A DNA stretch of 64,000 nucleotides from Somniosus microcephalus (lineage: Eukaryota). The notes beneath the pieces were generated by a model. It did no database searches. It was not told the DNA's origin and saw only the letters and a list, made by a program, of their open reading frames with translations. This document shows positions 35,821 to 47,190 of this stretch, one piece after another. The DNA lies in contig CM126231.1 in assembly GCA_052327205.1 (NCBI GenBank), forward strand, positions 8,246,001 through 8,310,000. Direction: 5' to 3'. Each line of letters starts with the position of its first letter. Positions within the stretch are counted from its first letter, which is position 1. The position numbers and the translations under genes were made by a program.

Positions 35821-36154
35821 CAGGAAACTTTTGTTTAACCAGAGGTTAAATGTCCGGAAAGCTCTATCTACCGGCAAAATTCAGGAGCCGTTTCCTATAA
35901 GTTTTTTTACTTCTCGTTGCTTTTTTTTTCCAGTCGTGGCTCCCAAGCATCTAGCTGAAGCTGTTGCTTAGCTACAGAGATGCTTTTAAGCTGTGGCCGA
36001 CTGTTTTGAAGCTGTTGCTAAGCAACAGGGTTTGTTGTTTCATACGGAGCTGAGAAGCTCCGTATGTTTTAACATTAGCGCTGGTTTATACGGCAGTTTT
36101 GATGGGACGGCACCAACTCAGTCCCGTCAGTGCCGGATAGCAGAAAGTTTCCTG
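35821..36154. mobile_element. Tc1/mariner (pogo/Tigger-like) MITE
   Basis: TIR CAGGAAACTTT / AAAGTTTCCTG with a clean TA duplication (35819-20 and 36155-56) inside the CR1 sequence ttaaggTAattggc. Confidence 0.88.
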
Positions 36155-36835
36155 TAATTGGCAAAAGAACCAGAGGGGGAGATAAGGAGCAATTTTTTTA
36201 CGCAGCGAGTTGTTGTGATCTGGACAGCGCTGCCTGAAAGGGCGGTGGAAGCAGATTCACTAATAACTTTCAAAAGGGAATTGGATAAATACTTGAAGGG
36301 GAAAACATTACAGAGCTATCGGGGAAGAGCAGGGGGGAGTGGGACTAATTGGCAGCTCTTTCAAAGAGCCGGCACAGGCACGATGGGCAGAATGGCCTCC
36401 TGTTCTGTATGATTCTGTGGCTTAAGCAGTCCGATGGCTACAATTATCCTGATAAGCGAGACAGCTAAAGTATGAGTTTAAATATTATTTATTTGCCTAT
36501 TCCTGAAGTGGCAACTTTCTGCAGCGTCTACAGTTTGATTTTGGTGACTGGTTCCTGCAGCGTTCGGAGTCGATCACACGGAGGAAGTTCTTGTAGAGAC
36601 GATCAGAAGTAATTAAAGGGGCTTTTAAAAATAATTTTAACTGACTCAGCAATCTCACCTTGATTAGGCCAGTATAATCATTGGGTCACAAGGTCACTGA
36701 GCCAACCATTACACTGACCTAATCAAGACCGTCCAATGATTGCACCGACCCCAAAAATCACAAGGACCCAATGGTCGTATTGACCCAGAGGCCTCACTGA
36801 CCCAAGACTAGACCCAACCATTGCACTGATCCGCG

Positions 36836-37435
36836 GTCCTGGCCAATATTTATCCCTCAACCAGCATCACTAAAGAAAGACTTGCATTTATATAGCGCCT
36901 TTCATGACCTCAGGACGTCCCAAAGCGCTTTACAGCCAATGAAGTACTTTTGGAGTGTAGTCACTGTTGTAATGTGGGAAACGCGGCAGCCAATTTGCAC
37001 ACAGCAAGCTCCCACAAACAGCAATGTGATAATGACCAGAGTATCTGTTTTTGTTATGTTGATTGAGGGATAAATATTGGCCCAGGACACCGGGGAGAAC
37101 TCCCCTGCTCTTCTTCGAAATAGTGCCTTGGGATCTTTTACATCCACCCGAGAGAGCAGACGGGGCCTCGGTTTAACGTCTCATCCGAAAGACGGCACCT
37201 CCGACAGTGCAGCAACTCCCTCAGCACTGCATTGGGAGTGTCAGCCTAGCAGATGATCTGGTCATTATCACATTGCTATTTGTGGGAGCTTGCTGTGCGC
37301 AAATTGGCTGTCATGTTTGCTACCTTACAACAGCGACTACACTTCAAAAAGTACTCCATTGGCTGTCAAGCGCTTTGAGACGTCCTGAGGTCGTGAAAGG
37401 CACTATAGAAATGCAAGTCTTCCTTCTTCTTTCTC
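36836..37435. mobile_element. Deu-domain SINE (minus, 36874-37248) inserted into a plus-strand copy of the same family (36836-36873 and 37249-37435)
   Basis: Removing the middle restores ...caaccagcatcactaaa|agcagatgatctggtc. Confidence 0.85.
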
Positions 37436-38129
37436 ATTGACCCAACAACCACACTGAGCCAATGATTGCATTAACTCCATGGCCTCACTGACCCAACATC
37501 CCGTTGACTCTCACGGACCCAACAAACCTTGTTGATGCAACAACCTTGCTAATCTGACAGTCTCCCTGACCGTTCTGTGAGCTATTTGGCAGGTCATCCA
37601 GAGCCTTGTGACAGTGAGAGTTGTCTCCTTATTAAGCAGTTACATCTTCAGCAGATTCCACTTGTATCTCTCTGGTTGCCACGTTACAGTTAGCGTCTGG
37701 AAGGATGACCCACAGCATTGCTGAGAGGAGTGACGCCAGTCAGCACCGATCATCCTGAGAATGACGTGAATGATGCATTCCACTAATTGTTGCGCTAATG
37801 AACTGTGATAAGATTGCCTTCAAATTACCGATGTTAAACATGGGCCATCTCTCACAGCAATGCGCATTCTTGCGTAGCTCCCAAGAAATTGAAGGAACAC
37901 TTACAAAAATATCTTTACTGCGCATTCACATATGTCATATTGGAGGAGAATTCCTTACATTACAGCTTTATATCTCGCAGCGGTCAAAGGTTGTCACTGA
38001 GTCACGTGACTGTATCATGACTGTATTTCTTGGGGAGGATAGCCTGTGTGTGCTGTGTGGCGAAATCGTCGTGTTCCTTTTATAGACCGATTTCTCATTT
38101 AATTGCGCACAATACAGAGGAAATCTTCA

Positions 38130-38560
38130 CCTCGGGCAGGGAATAAAAAGGGGCAATGTGGAAAGGTGTTTCCAGGCCAGAACCGACGGAGGCGGTTTCC
38201 TGAGGAACTCACAATTGAAGCTCGATTTAAGAAATAATTTCTTCTTCAGATCTCGGGTTGTTGACTCCTGGAATAGAATGTGCAGGACTGACTCATTTGA
38301 GGCATCCAAGAAGGAATTAGATCAATGTGTGGTACAACAGGATGTAAAAGGGGTGTGGCATTGGGGGAGAAAAAGAAAGAAAGGCTTGCATTTATATAGC
38401 GCCTTTCACGACCACTGGACGTCTCAAAGCGCTTTACAGCCAATGAAGTACTTTTGAAGTGGAGTCACTGCTGTAATGAAGGAAATGATGAGAAATGGTC
38501 AAATCACAGGACCTAGAATTGAGAAGCTGGATGGGCCGAGTGGCCTTTTCTCATTTCTTT
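38130..38560 (+). mobile_element. Old CR1 3' remnant with a minus-strand SINE tail inserted at ~38370-38484
   Basis: FFRSRVVDSWNRM peptide in ORF 38158..38457; SINE tail cttgcatttatatagcgcctttcacgac. Confidence 0.65.
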
Positions 38561-38671
38561 GTTCTTTTGTTTAATGGATTTAATAATTGTCCTTCGTAAG
38601 TTTGGACACAATTATATCGGTGCAGCCAGGTTTTGCCATATAATGGAGTTTGGTGCAGAACATTTTCTTGT

Positions 38672-39096
38672 TATTTGTTTATGGGATGTGGGCATCGCTG
38701 GCAAGGCCAGCATTTATTGCCCATCCCCAGTTGCCCTTGAGAAGGTGGTGGTGAGCCACCTTCTTGAACCGCTGCAGTCCGTGTGGTGAAGGTGCTCCCA
38801 CAGTGCTGTTAGGGAGGGAGTTCCAGGATTTTGACCCAGCGACGATGAAGGAACGGTCGATATATTTCCAAGTCAGGATGGTGTGTGACTTGGAGGGGTA
38901 CTTGGAGGTGGTGGTGTTCCCATGCGCCTGCTGCCCTTGTCCTTCTAGGCGGAAGAGGTCGCGGGTTTGGGAGGTGCTGCCGAAGAAGCCTTGGCGAGTT
39001 GCTGCAGTGCATCTTGTAGACGGTCCATACTGCAGCCACAGTACGCCGGTGGTGGAGGGAGTGAATGTTTAAGGTGGCGAATGGGGTGCCAATCAA
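38672..39096 (-). mobile_element. Second CR1-group LINE 3' fragment ending ~47 bp before the last ANTXR1 acceptor
   Basis: ORF 38809..39096; near-identical to 23560-23977. Confidence 0.88.
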
Positions 39097-39143
39097 TCAT
39101 GGATTGGATTAACTGCTTGTCTTTCTGTTTGCCTCCTCCTCAG

Positions 39144-39419
39144 GGTCGCTGCATTAATTTCACAAGAGTAAAGGCCAACGACAAGCCACCTGGTTATCCA
39201 ATCTACAACAACATGCAGAACGGTGGGCCGGCTCCCATCTACTGCCCGCCAACGAGTCCTCCTGCATCTCCTGCCCCGTCGCCTGAACCGTCGCCCGCCC
39301 AGTCGACGACTCCATCGCCCACTCCGTCGCCAACCTCCACCCTGCCTCCGCCTCCGCCGGGACCACCGCCGACACGGGCCCCTCCCCCATCGCGCCCGCC
39401 CCCTCGCCCTTCTTTCTAA
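39144..39419 (+). CDS. ANTXR1: Terminal coding exon of ANTXR1, [10 protein letters not shown]...[14 protein letters not shown] (91 aa, proline-rich tail)
   Basis: Acceptor ctttctgtttgcctcctcctcag|GGT at 39143/39144, phase 0, joining in frame to exon 2665-2745; stop TAA at 39417-39419. Both ends match the remembered ANTXR1 C-terminus ([10 protein letters not shown]...[14 protein letters not shown]). ANTXR2 lacks this Pro-rich tail. Orthologue versus antxr1-like paralogue cannot be resolved here. Confidence 0.92.
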   Translation, partial: GRCINFTRVKANDKPPGYPIYNNMQNGGPAPIYCPPTSPPASPAPSPEPSPAQSTTPSPTPSPTSTLPPPPPGPPPTRAPPPSRPPPRPSF

Positions 39420-41200
39420 ACTCGGGCAAGTCGCGTGGTCAACCCTTCATTTTAGCAGCTGGTGGGAAGGGTACCAAAGAGGTACTGTGTAAATGTTCTT
39501 ACTGGTCCGAAGGAGACTGTTTCCCTTTCGTCGGTTTACGGAGGATGACTGCAGCAAACCAAACTCCAATTTACACAGCAATATCCTTTTGAACTTGTGC
39601 TGGCTAAAGTTGGCATTGTTGTCTTAAACTTGATCAATTGTCGCTTTTAAATGTGTGATATATTGATATTCGACAGTTACCATTTTATATATATCTTATT
39701 ACATTTTACTATCTTTCTGGAACAAAACTGAGTGTGAAAATTCAACGTTTGACCCTTTGTTGAATTTTGGCCATTCTATTGATTGTCGAGGTATCACTTC
39801 CCTCAAAAAATTGGTTTTACGGCAAAAAATGTCAATATTCCCTGTTGACGGTGCCAGCCTCTGTGTTCATTGCAAAGAGTCTCTCGCCATCTCTCCGTGG
39901 AATGTGCCATAAGAGAGCATTCCTGACGTTAAAGAATCGGAAGGAGTGACGACCCTGGAGCATCAAGCCGATTGGCTGCGGCTTTGAATCCCAGCATTGC
40001 CTCCTGCCACCGTTCGGGTTTCACCTGTCACTTCAGTGACTCAAGTTAAAGGGTCTCGCTGGGGGGGCGGGGCGGCGTGGGTGGAGTGTGGGGGGGCTCG
40101 CTGCACAGCGTGGGCGAGGAAGAGCTGACAAGAGCCGGCACCCCTCTCTGCAAGCTCTTCCCTTGAGCCTAGCCCCCGGCACCCCACCCCCTTCCCGATT
40201 ACAGCCCGTCAAATCCGAGTTGGAAATTTGCAGGCCAGAAGGACAGCGCCCGGCAGTCAACAGGCCCCCCCAACCCACCCCACCAACCCCCGCTCCGCCC
40301 CGCCCTGGTGGGGAACGGAGAGGGAAGGAAATCCTGTCGAAACAGCTAAACAAATAGCAACAGGAAGGGGAATACAGGGCACTGTGGATCCACTGACTCA
40401 GCATGCTGCTCTGACCTTCTGGGCATGAGTCTCATGGCAGACCGCACGGCGACCTTTCAATGAACCAAATCCCTCAGCAGGCGATTCCACTGCTGCCTGA
40501 TCATTTGCTCATGCTCAGTAACGTTCTGAAAACTGCAGTGGCATTGCTCCAATTTGTTTAAAATCCTTTTTTTATATATATATATATATATGGCAACGTA
40601 AAGAATGCCACGAACGGAAGTTTCATTTCACGGACCAAAGGCTTGCGGGAGCACTGAGGCGCGCATTGGCACACTGGGGTGGGCAGGACGCAGGCTCGTA
40701 CCTCCCACTCCACCCAGTGCAGCCGCAGCCCCAGAATGCGGCCTCCCCGAGGGCTCTCTGCTGACAGGTGCCCGAGGAGCAAGTTGCCCGGTCGCCCTCT
40801 CACCCGAGGGCACGAAGGGCGGAGGGGACCGTGAGGCACATGTGGCGAGATTTCGTGCCCCCCTCCCCAAGAAGCGGGCATGAGCTTGTGCTTCCAGCTG
40901 TTCACTTATGTCCCACTGAAGCTTCGTAAAAGTACGTGAGATGTGACAGGCCAGCGGACCTGTTTTTTTTGGAAAGTCTGAAAAGGTTAAATTGCTGGAG
41001 CACTCAATTATCCTGGGGATGTGTTGGACTTAATCAGGATTCTAGGGTATCAGGTAGAGTGGGAAGCCTGTTGATGCAGATGTCCCGAGGGAAAGGTTAT
41101 TTGCACTCCTGCTTGGGGCTCACGTGCATTTTTTGATGATGTGAAATCAGCAATGCTGGCAAAAAAAAAACTGAAATAAAAAAAAAACAAGATTCAACCC
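39420..41200 (+). other. ANTXR1: Probable ANTXR1 3' UTR (3' end uncertain)
   Basis: Follows the stop codon and is free of recognisable repeats to ~42100. There is an AU-rich block at 39560-39860. The first AATAAA I noticed is at 41175-41180, inside an A-rich tract, so it is weak evidence. Confidence 0.5.
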
Positions 41201-42109
41201 AGAGGCCTTCCCAGTCATAAAGTGTTTGGGACCAGGCTGCATCCTTTCACACTGGTTGTGGTTTCACCTTCATGCTTTCCTTGGGTTGTAAAGGTAGTAA
41301 GGGCCCCTCAAAAGGCTTCTCTGGTCAACTCTCAGCCGCTGCAGTCTCTTCCCATTTCTCTGACGTCCATGTCACCCACGGCCTAGCATCTGCCAAAAGC
41401 CTTGACGTCACCTGCCCGCTCTCCCATCCAGGTCAGGCAGCAAACAACCGAACCATTATTTGCGTGGAAACTCAAATGGAAAATGAACGTGTAGTATTAT
41501 TAATAGCTTTCGCGGTCCGGTATGTGAGAGAGAGGCTGTGGAATCGGGCTTTGCTGAACAGAAGCGGTTTCAGGTTGCCATATTACAACGAACGAAAGAG
41601 GTAAAAATCTTACACTGTTACCCGTGCACTGCAGAAAAGGCCTCAGACTGACACTGCGGCCTTGCATATTGTACAGAAAGCACCCAGATTTAATCATGCA
41701 AACATTGTACCCGGGCTGAGAAAACTCCTCCAAATGTTGCTTGAACCCACAACACTGTACGGAAAAGGTCTCAGGCTGATACGGGAACCCTGTTTGTTAA
41801 ACATCGCCACATTGACAAAGCACGTCCCGGGCCCTCTCTCCTGCACATTACGCAGCGCTCATTTGGTAGTCAGGGTGACAAATTGCTTAAAAATTCTTGA
41901 GAAAAGAGAGGATTATAAAACATTCTATTCTTGAAAAGCTTTCCACCGACATCTGGAATCTTTTGGACACACTATATGATGTTGTTAAGCAGATGTTACT
42001 GTACGTGTTCATCTCCTGCTAATGGCAGGTCTACCAGAAATCGCACAGTGCCCAAGTGGTGCTGGAGATGAATTTTTCTGGCCTTGTTATAAATTAACGT
42101 AACACCTTA

Positions 42110-42680
42110 CGTAGGATTACATAGGATATACAGCACAGAAACAGGCCATTCGGCCCAACCAGTCCATGCCGGCGTTTATGCTCCACTCGAGCCTCCTCCC
42201 GTCTTTCCTCATCTCACTCTATCAGCGTAACCCTCTATTCCCTTCTCCCTCATGTGCTTGTCCAGCCTCCCCTTAAATGTATCTATACTATTCGCTTCAA
42301 CCACTCCCTGTGGTAGCGAGTTCCACATTCTCACCACTCTCTGGGTAAAGAAGTTTCTTCTCAATTCCCTATTAGATTTCTTGGTGACTATCTTATATTG
42401 ATGGCCTCTAGATTTGCTCTTCCCCACAAGTGGGAACATTCTCTCTCTGTGCGTCCACTCTATCAAGACTTTCATAATTTTAAAGACTTCTATTAGGTCA
42501 CCCCTCAGCCTTCTCTTTTCAAGAGAAAAGAGACCCAGCCTGTTCATCCTTTCCTGATATGTATAACCTCGCATTTCTGGTATCATCCTTGTAAATCTTC
42601 TCTGCACCCTCCCCAGTGCCTCTATATCCTTTCTACAATATGGAGACCAGAACTGTGCGCAGTACTCCAAGTGCGGTCTA
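42110..42680 (-). mobile_element. CR1 3' fragment
   Basis: ORF 42209..42751 is the CR1 C-terminus; ATCCTATGT tail. Confidence 0.92.
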
Positions 42681-43361
42681 ACTTCCTCACTGGCTAACAC
42701 CACTTCGATCTGGCATGCTTGCTGGTCGTGCGAGATAACCGTCAATCGCACGCCTCACAAACGTGACCTGAGGGCCAGATTCCAGTGGGGAAATGATCGA
42801 TCTGAAAATGGAATCCAGATTTTTATCGGTATCGTTGTGCCTCAGTAGCGGGTTAAAAATGTCGCAAGGTGCTGCATTTTGCTAACGCTCCTTGGAATGA
42901 ACTAACGGTAGTCACCAACCTCAAACCTGAGCCCGAGATTCATTCTCTAAGGTCTTTTTGCTCCGTGTCTTTCTCTAGGTCTGCCCTGTAGTCAAGAGGG
43001 CCGGAGAGTGATCCGAGGTGTTCCAAAGCATTGCATGGACCGAGCAGCCTAGTTAAGGGGCCAGGGCTCATAGGGCAGGACACCAGCGAGAGCATGGGAG
43101 AGAAGGTGAGCTAAATCAGAACGAGTAATGATTCGCTGACGCCAGGCCTGGGTTTTAGAAACCTGTTGGAAAGGATGGCGGGAGAGAAGTGAGGAGTTCC
43201 ACAGTTTCAAGGCCCAGGGAGGGGAGCTGGTCAAAAGCAGGAGGCAGTGCCACGAGTCTTGACGAGTACAGGGGCGATGCAAGAAGGAGGGAGAGTGTGC
43301 AGGGTGAGGCATTTGGAGCTCAGGGGGAATGGCAAAGTTCAGAGCAGCAATGAACAGAGTA

Positions 43362-43754
43362 CAGGAAACTCTTTTTTATCTGGCACCGACAGGACCGGCG
43401 TGGTGCCGGTTTATCGAAAAGCCCGGATTACAGAGAGGTATAGTTAAAAGATACGAGAGCCCCCGTACACAGCAACAGATCCAGGCTTCCCTGTTGCTTA
43501 GCAACAGGTGCAGGAACCCCAGCCACAAATCCAGGCGTCCCTGTTGCTTAGCAACAGGTGCAGGAACCTCGGCCACAAGATCCAGGCGTCCCTGTTGCTT
43601 AGCAACAGGTGCAGGAACCCCAGTTACACGGCCACAGATCCAGGAACGGCCACTAATACTGTATGAAGTAAAACTTACCTGAACCTGCTCCTGAATTTTG
43701 CCGGTTAACAGAGATTTCCGGTTATTTAGGTGCCGGTAAATCGAGAGTTTCCTG
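43362..43754. mobile_element. Tc1/mariner (pogo/Tigger-like) MITE with an internal 3x ~50-bp repeat
   Basis: TA-CAGGAAACTCT ... AGAGTTTCCTG-TA; it appears to sit in a decayed minus-strand L2-like remnant. Confidence 0.88.
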
Positions 43755-44533
43755 TACTATTGATAAAACAGAAAGACATAGAAAGAGAGGCTGAGTCTGG
43801 ATGTGGGAGAAGGATCATCTGTGGTGTGTGAGAGGGGGAAGGTGGATTGGCGATAACAATAGGAGGATTCTCTCTATCCCTCCTACTGTAGCCTGAACAG
43901 TGTAGTGAGTGTCCAGGTTGCATGGAAGTGAGATTGGTGAGTGATGTATTGCAGAAATTGCCACAAATAAGCGACATATTGGAGTAAAACGTGGGCTGGT
44001 CAGGCTGAAAGCGGCCAAGAAACTTAACAAATTGGTTTTCTCTTCGAAAGAGCCGGCGCAGACTTGATGGGCTGAATGAGCTCCTTCTGTGCTGTACTGT
44101 TCTGTGATTCTATACTGAATGATAAGTTGTTGTCTATATCCTATCGGGAGTGTCAGAGGAAGCTCTCAGATATGGGAGCAGTGTTCACATCGCGACCCTA
44201 CAGGTCACATCATCCTGGCAGGCTCGAGTATTATCACCAGTAAATAGGCAAGGGATCAGGTTTGGTAAAGACAGCAGTATTGTGTTAGTTTGTGATGTAG
44301 AGCCAAGAAAAATGCAACTAGACACAACTGTGTCAACAATGAGGATACAACTCCCTAGCAAAATGATCTTGATCAAACTATTAACCCTAAAGTGTACCTT
44401 CAGTAGTTGGCCCCGGCGGGCGGGTGACTGAGCCACACAGACCCAGCAACTCCCACTTTCTATCCCCATTTCACACTGAGCTCGCTCATCTTATCCAGGG
44501 AATGCTGCATTGTTTAAAGCACCCTGGGTAGAC

Positions 44534-45063
44534 TCATAGAATGGTTACACCACAGAAGGAGGCCTTTTGGCCCGTCCAGCCCGTGCCGGTTCTCTGCAAG
44601 AGCACGTCAGCCATTCCCGCTCCCCCCGCCCGTTCCCCGTAGCCCTGCAAATTTTTTTCCTTTAGGTACTTATCCAATTCCCTTTTGAAAGCCGTGATTG
44701 AATCTGCCTCCACCACCCTTTCAGGCAGTGAATTCCAGATCCTAACCACTCGCTGCATAAAAAACGTTTTCCTCATGTCGCCTTTGGTTCTTCTGCCAAT
44801 CACCTTAAATCTGTGTCCTCTGGTTCTCGACCCTTCTGCCAATGGGAACAGTTTCTCTCTATCTACTCTGTCTAGACCCCCATGATTTTGAACACCTCTA
44901 TCAAATCTCCTCTCAACCTTCTCTGCTCCAAGGAGAACAACCCCAGCTTCTCCAGTCTCTCCACATAACTGAAGCCCCTCATCCCTGGAACCATTCTTGT
45001 AAATCTTTTCTGCACCCTCTCTAAGGCTTTCACATCCTTCCTAAAGTGCGGGGCCCAGAATTG
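44534..45063 (-). mobile_element. CR1 3' fragment
   Basis: ORF 44534..44842 is a CR1 peptide, followed by the tail. Confidence 0.92.
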
Positions 45064-45532
45064 GGTAGGGAGGGGGAAATAATTCAGCCACGGTTCCCAC
45101 TCCCCAGAATTAATCCTGCAGGATATTGACTCTGCGGGTTACACTGTCGACCCAGCATCCTGCCTCACGTTTTCATCCTTGCCACGCACAACACTGGGGC
45201 CACACAATGGGCAGCAGCGGCCAATGTCCAAAAACTGACTGCCAGTGAATGACAGCTGGAGCAACAGAGGCCACAGCAAAATGGGACAGGATTTGTTGTT
45301 GGTGTTTTTAAGAAAGACTGGCTTGTTGAGCGAGTTAAAGGCTGTGACACCGTCTCAGTCCAGTTTGCTCACTAATATCACAAAATTGGGTCAGAAGTTG
45401 CCTGGACCACTTCATTTTGTTCCACCCTTGTGTAACACACTGTCCCTAAGATCTAACCTTATGTTACGCACTATCACTGTGAGCTAGCCTCGTGTAATGC
45501 ACCATCGTAATGATCTAGCCTCGTGTAATGCA

Positions 45533-45945
45533 CCACCTTAAACATTCACTCCCTCCACCGCCGGCGCACCGTGGCTGCAGTGTGTACCATCTACAAGATG
45601 CACTGCAGCAACTCGCCAAGGCTTCTTCGGCAGCACCTCCCAAACCCGCGACCTCTACCCCCTAGAAGGACAAGGGCAGCAGGCGCATGGGAACACCACC
45701 ACCTCCCAAGTTCCCCTCCAAGCCACACGCCATCCTGACTTGGAAGTATATCGGCTTTTCCTTCATCGTCGCTGGGTCAAAATCCTGGAACTCCCTCCCT
45801 AACAGCACTGTGGGAGCACCTTCACCACACGGACTGCAGCGGTTCAAGAAGGCGGCTCACCACCACCTTCTCGAGGGCAATTAGGGATGGGCAATAAATG
45901 CTGGCCTTGCCCAGTGACGCCCATATCCCAGGAACAAATATGTTA
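45533..45945 (+). mobile_element. Second CR1-group LINE 3' fragment
   Basis: Reverse complement of 38680-39075. Confidence 0.88.
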
Positions 45946-46534
45946 AAAAAAACTATCGCCCTGATCTAGCCTTGTGCAATGCACTGTCCAAATCAGTTGC
46001 AACTCTATTTGAAACGCTAGTTTTGAGCATAAAAAGCACCTCCCAAACTCTGCTCCTGCCACCCCCTCCTAGTACCTGGAATATTTCTGATGGCTTGTTT
46101 GTGTTAAGCACGAGATACGAGACTCTATTCAGCAAAAACATGACTGGTCAGGATGATAAATGTGCTAAGATTTAAAAAAATTAACTTCTGAAAATCCTGT
46201 TAAAAAACCTAAGACGTGAAGACAGGCCACAAGGCCATCTTGCTCATTCCCTCTGCTCGCTGGCTCAGCCCTGACTCAATAATCATTCCCGCCCATCCTT
46301 CATGTGAACTTCTACAGCTTCCCATGGCTCGGAGGACTCAGCCTGGGCCTCTGCTATTATAATCTTGGTCGAGAGCCAAGCCTGTATCTCTCAGTTTCCT
46401 CTTGATGTCAATAGCCTGCCCAGCACCTTCTTGAGAGAGTCAACCAGTTCAGCCAACACACAATTTGGTAGTAATATATATAATCCACAGATTAACTGTT
46501 CTGTGACAGGGGAAAGGTTTTTTCCTAACTTGAA

Positions 46535-47025
46535 ATCATAGAGTCAAAGAATATTTTTTTTAAACTTGTTTATGGGATGTGGACATCACTGGCAAGGCCG
46601 GCATTTATTGCCCATCCCTAGTTGCCCTCGAGAAGGTGGTGGTGAGCCGCCTTCTTGAACCGCTGCAGTCCGTGTGGTGAAGGTGCTCCCACAGTGCTGT
46701 TAGGGAGGGAGTTCCAGGATTTTGACCCAGCGACGATGAAGGATAGTCCAGCACAGAAGGAGGCCATTCAGCCCATCAAGTCTGCGCCAGCCTCTTTCGA
46801 AGAGCAATCCAATTAGTCCCACTCCCCCACTCTTTCCCCATATCCCTGCAATCTTTTCACCTTCCAGTATCTATCCAATTCCCTTTTGAAGGTTGCTATT
46901 GAATCTGTTTCCACCACCCAATCAGACAGCACATTCCAAATCCTAACCACTCGCGTAAAAAGGTTTTTCCCCTCTTGTCGCCTCTGGTTCTTTTGCCAAT
47001 CACCTTAAATCTGTGCCCTCTGGTT
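46535..47025 (-). mobile_element. CR1 3' tail with a second-family LINE tail inserted at ~46565-46742
   Basis: Both tails are recognisable by similarity to other copies in the window. Confidence 0.8.
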
Positions 47026-47049
47026 TGGGAGTGTGAGGGATGGAGGGAC

Positions 47050-47190
47050 ATTGGTAGAGGAAGAGTATAGACAGGGAGCTTTACTCTGTATCTAGCTCTG
47101 CTGTACCTGATCTGGGCTTGCTTTGCTGCTGACTAGGGTGCCGACTGCAGGAAAGTGTTCCAATTCACGCAGGACTAAGATCCGGCAGCT
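47050..47190. repeat. Unclassified interspersed repeat (inverted relative at ~60180-60290)
   Basis: gggagctttactctgtat at ~47074 is the reverse complement of atacagagtaaagctccc at ~60244. Confidence 0.5.

Larger units (their letters stand above)
32722..36420 (+). mobile_element. One CR1 copy (RT domain to tail) broken by three later insertions
   Basis: Collinear pieces 32722-33242 (GVPQGSVLGP, FADD), 34746-34832, 35481-35820 and 36155-36420. Confidence 0.88.

Noticed and set aside
38967-39143. N-terminal part of ORF 38967..39419 as coding
   Set aside because: It lies in an antisense LINE and the polypyrimidine tract; the real exon starts at the acceptor at 39144.
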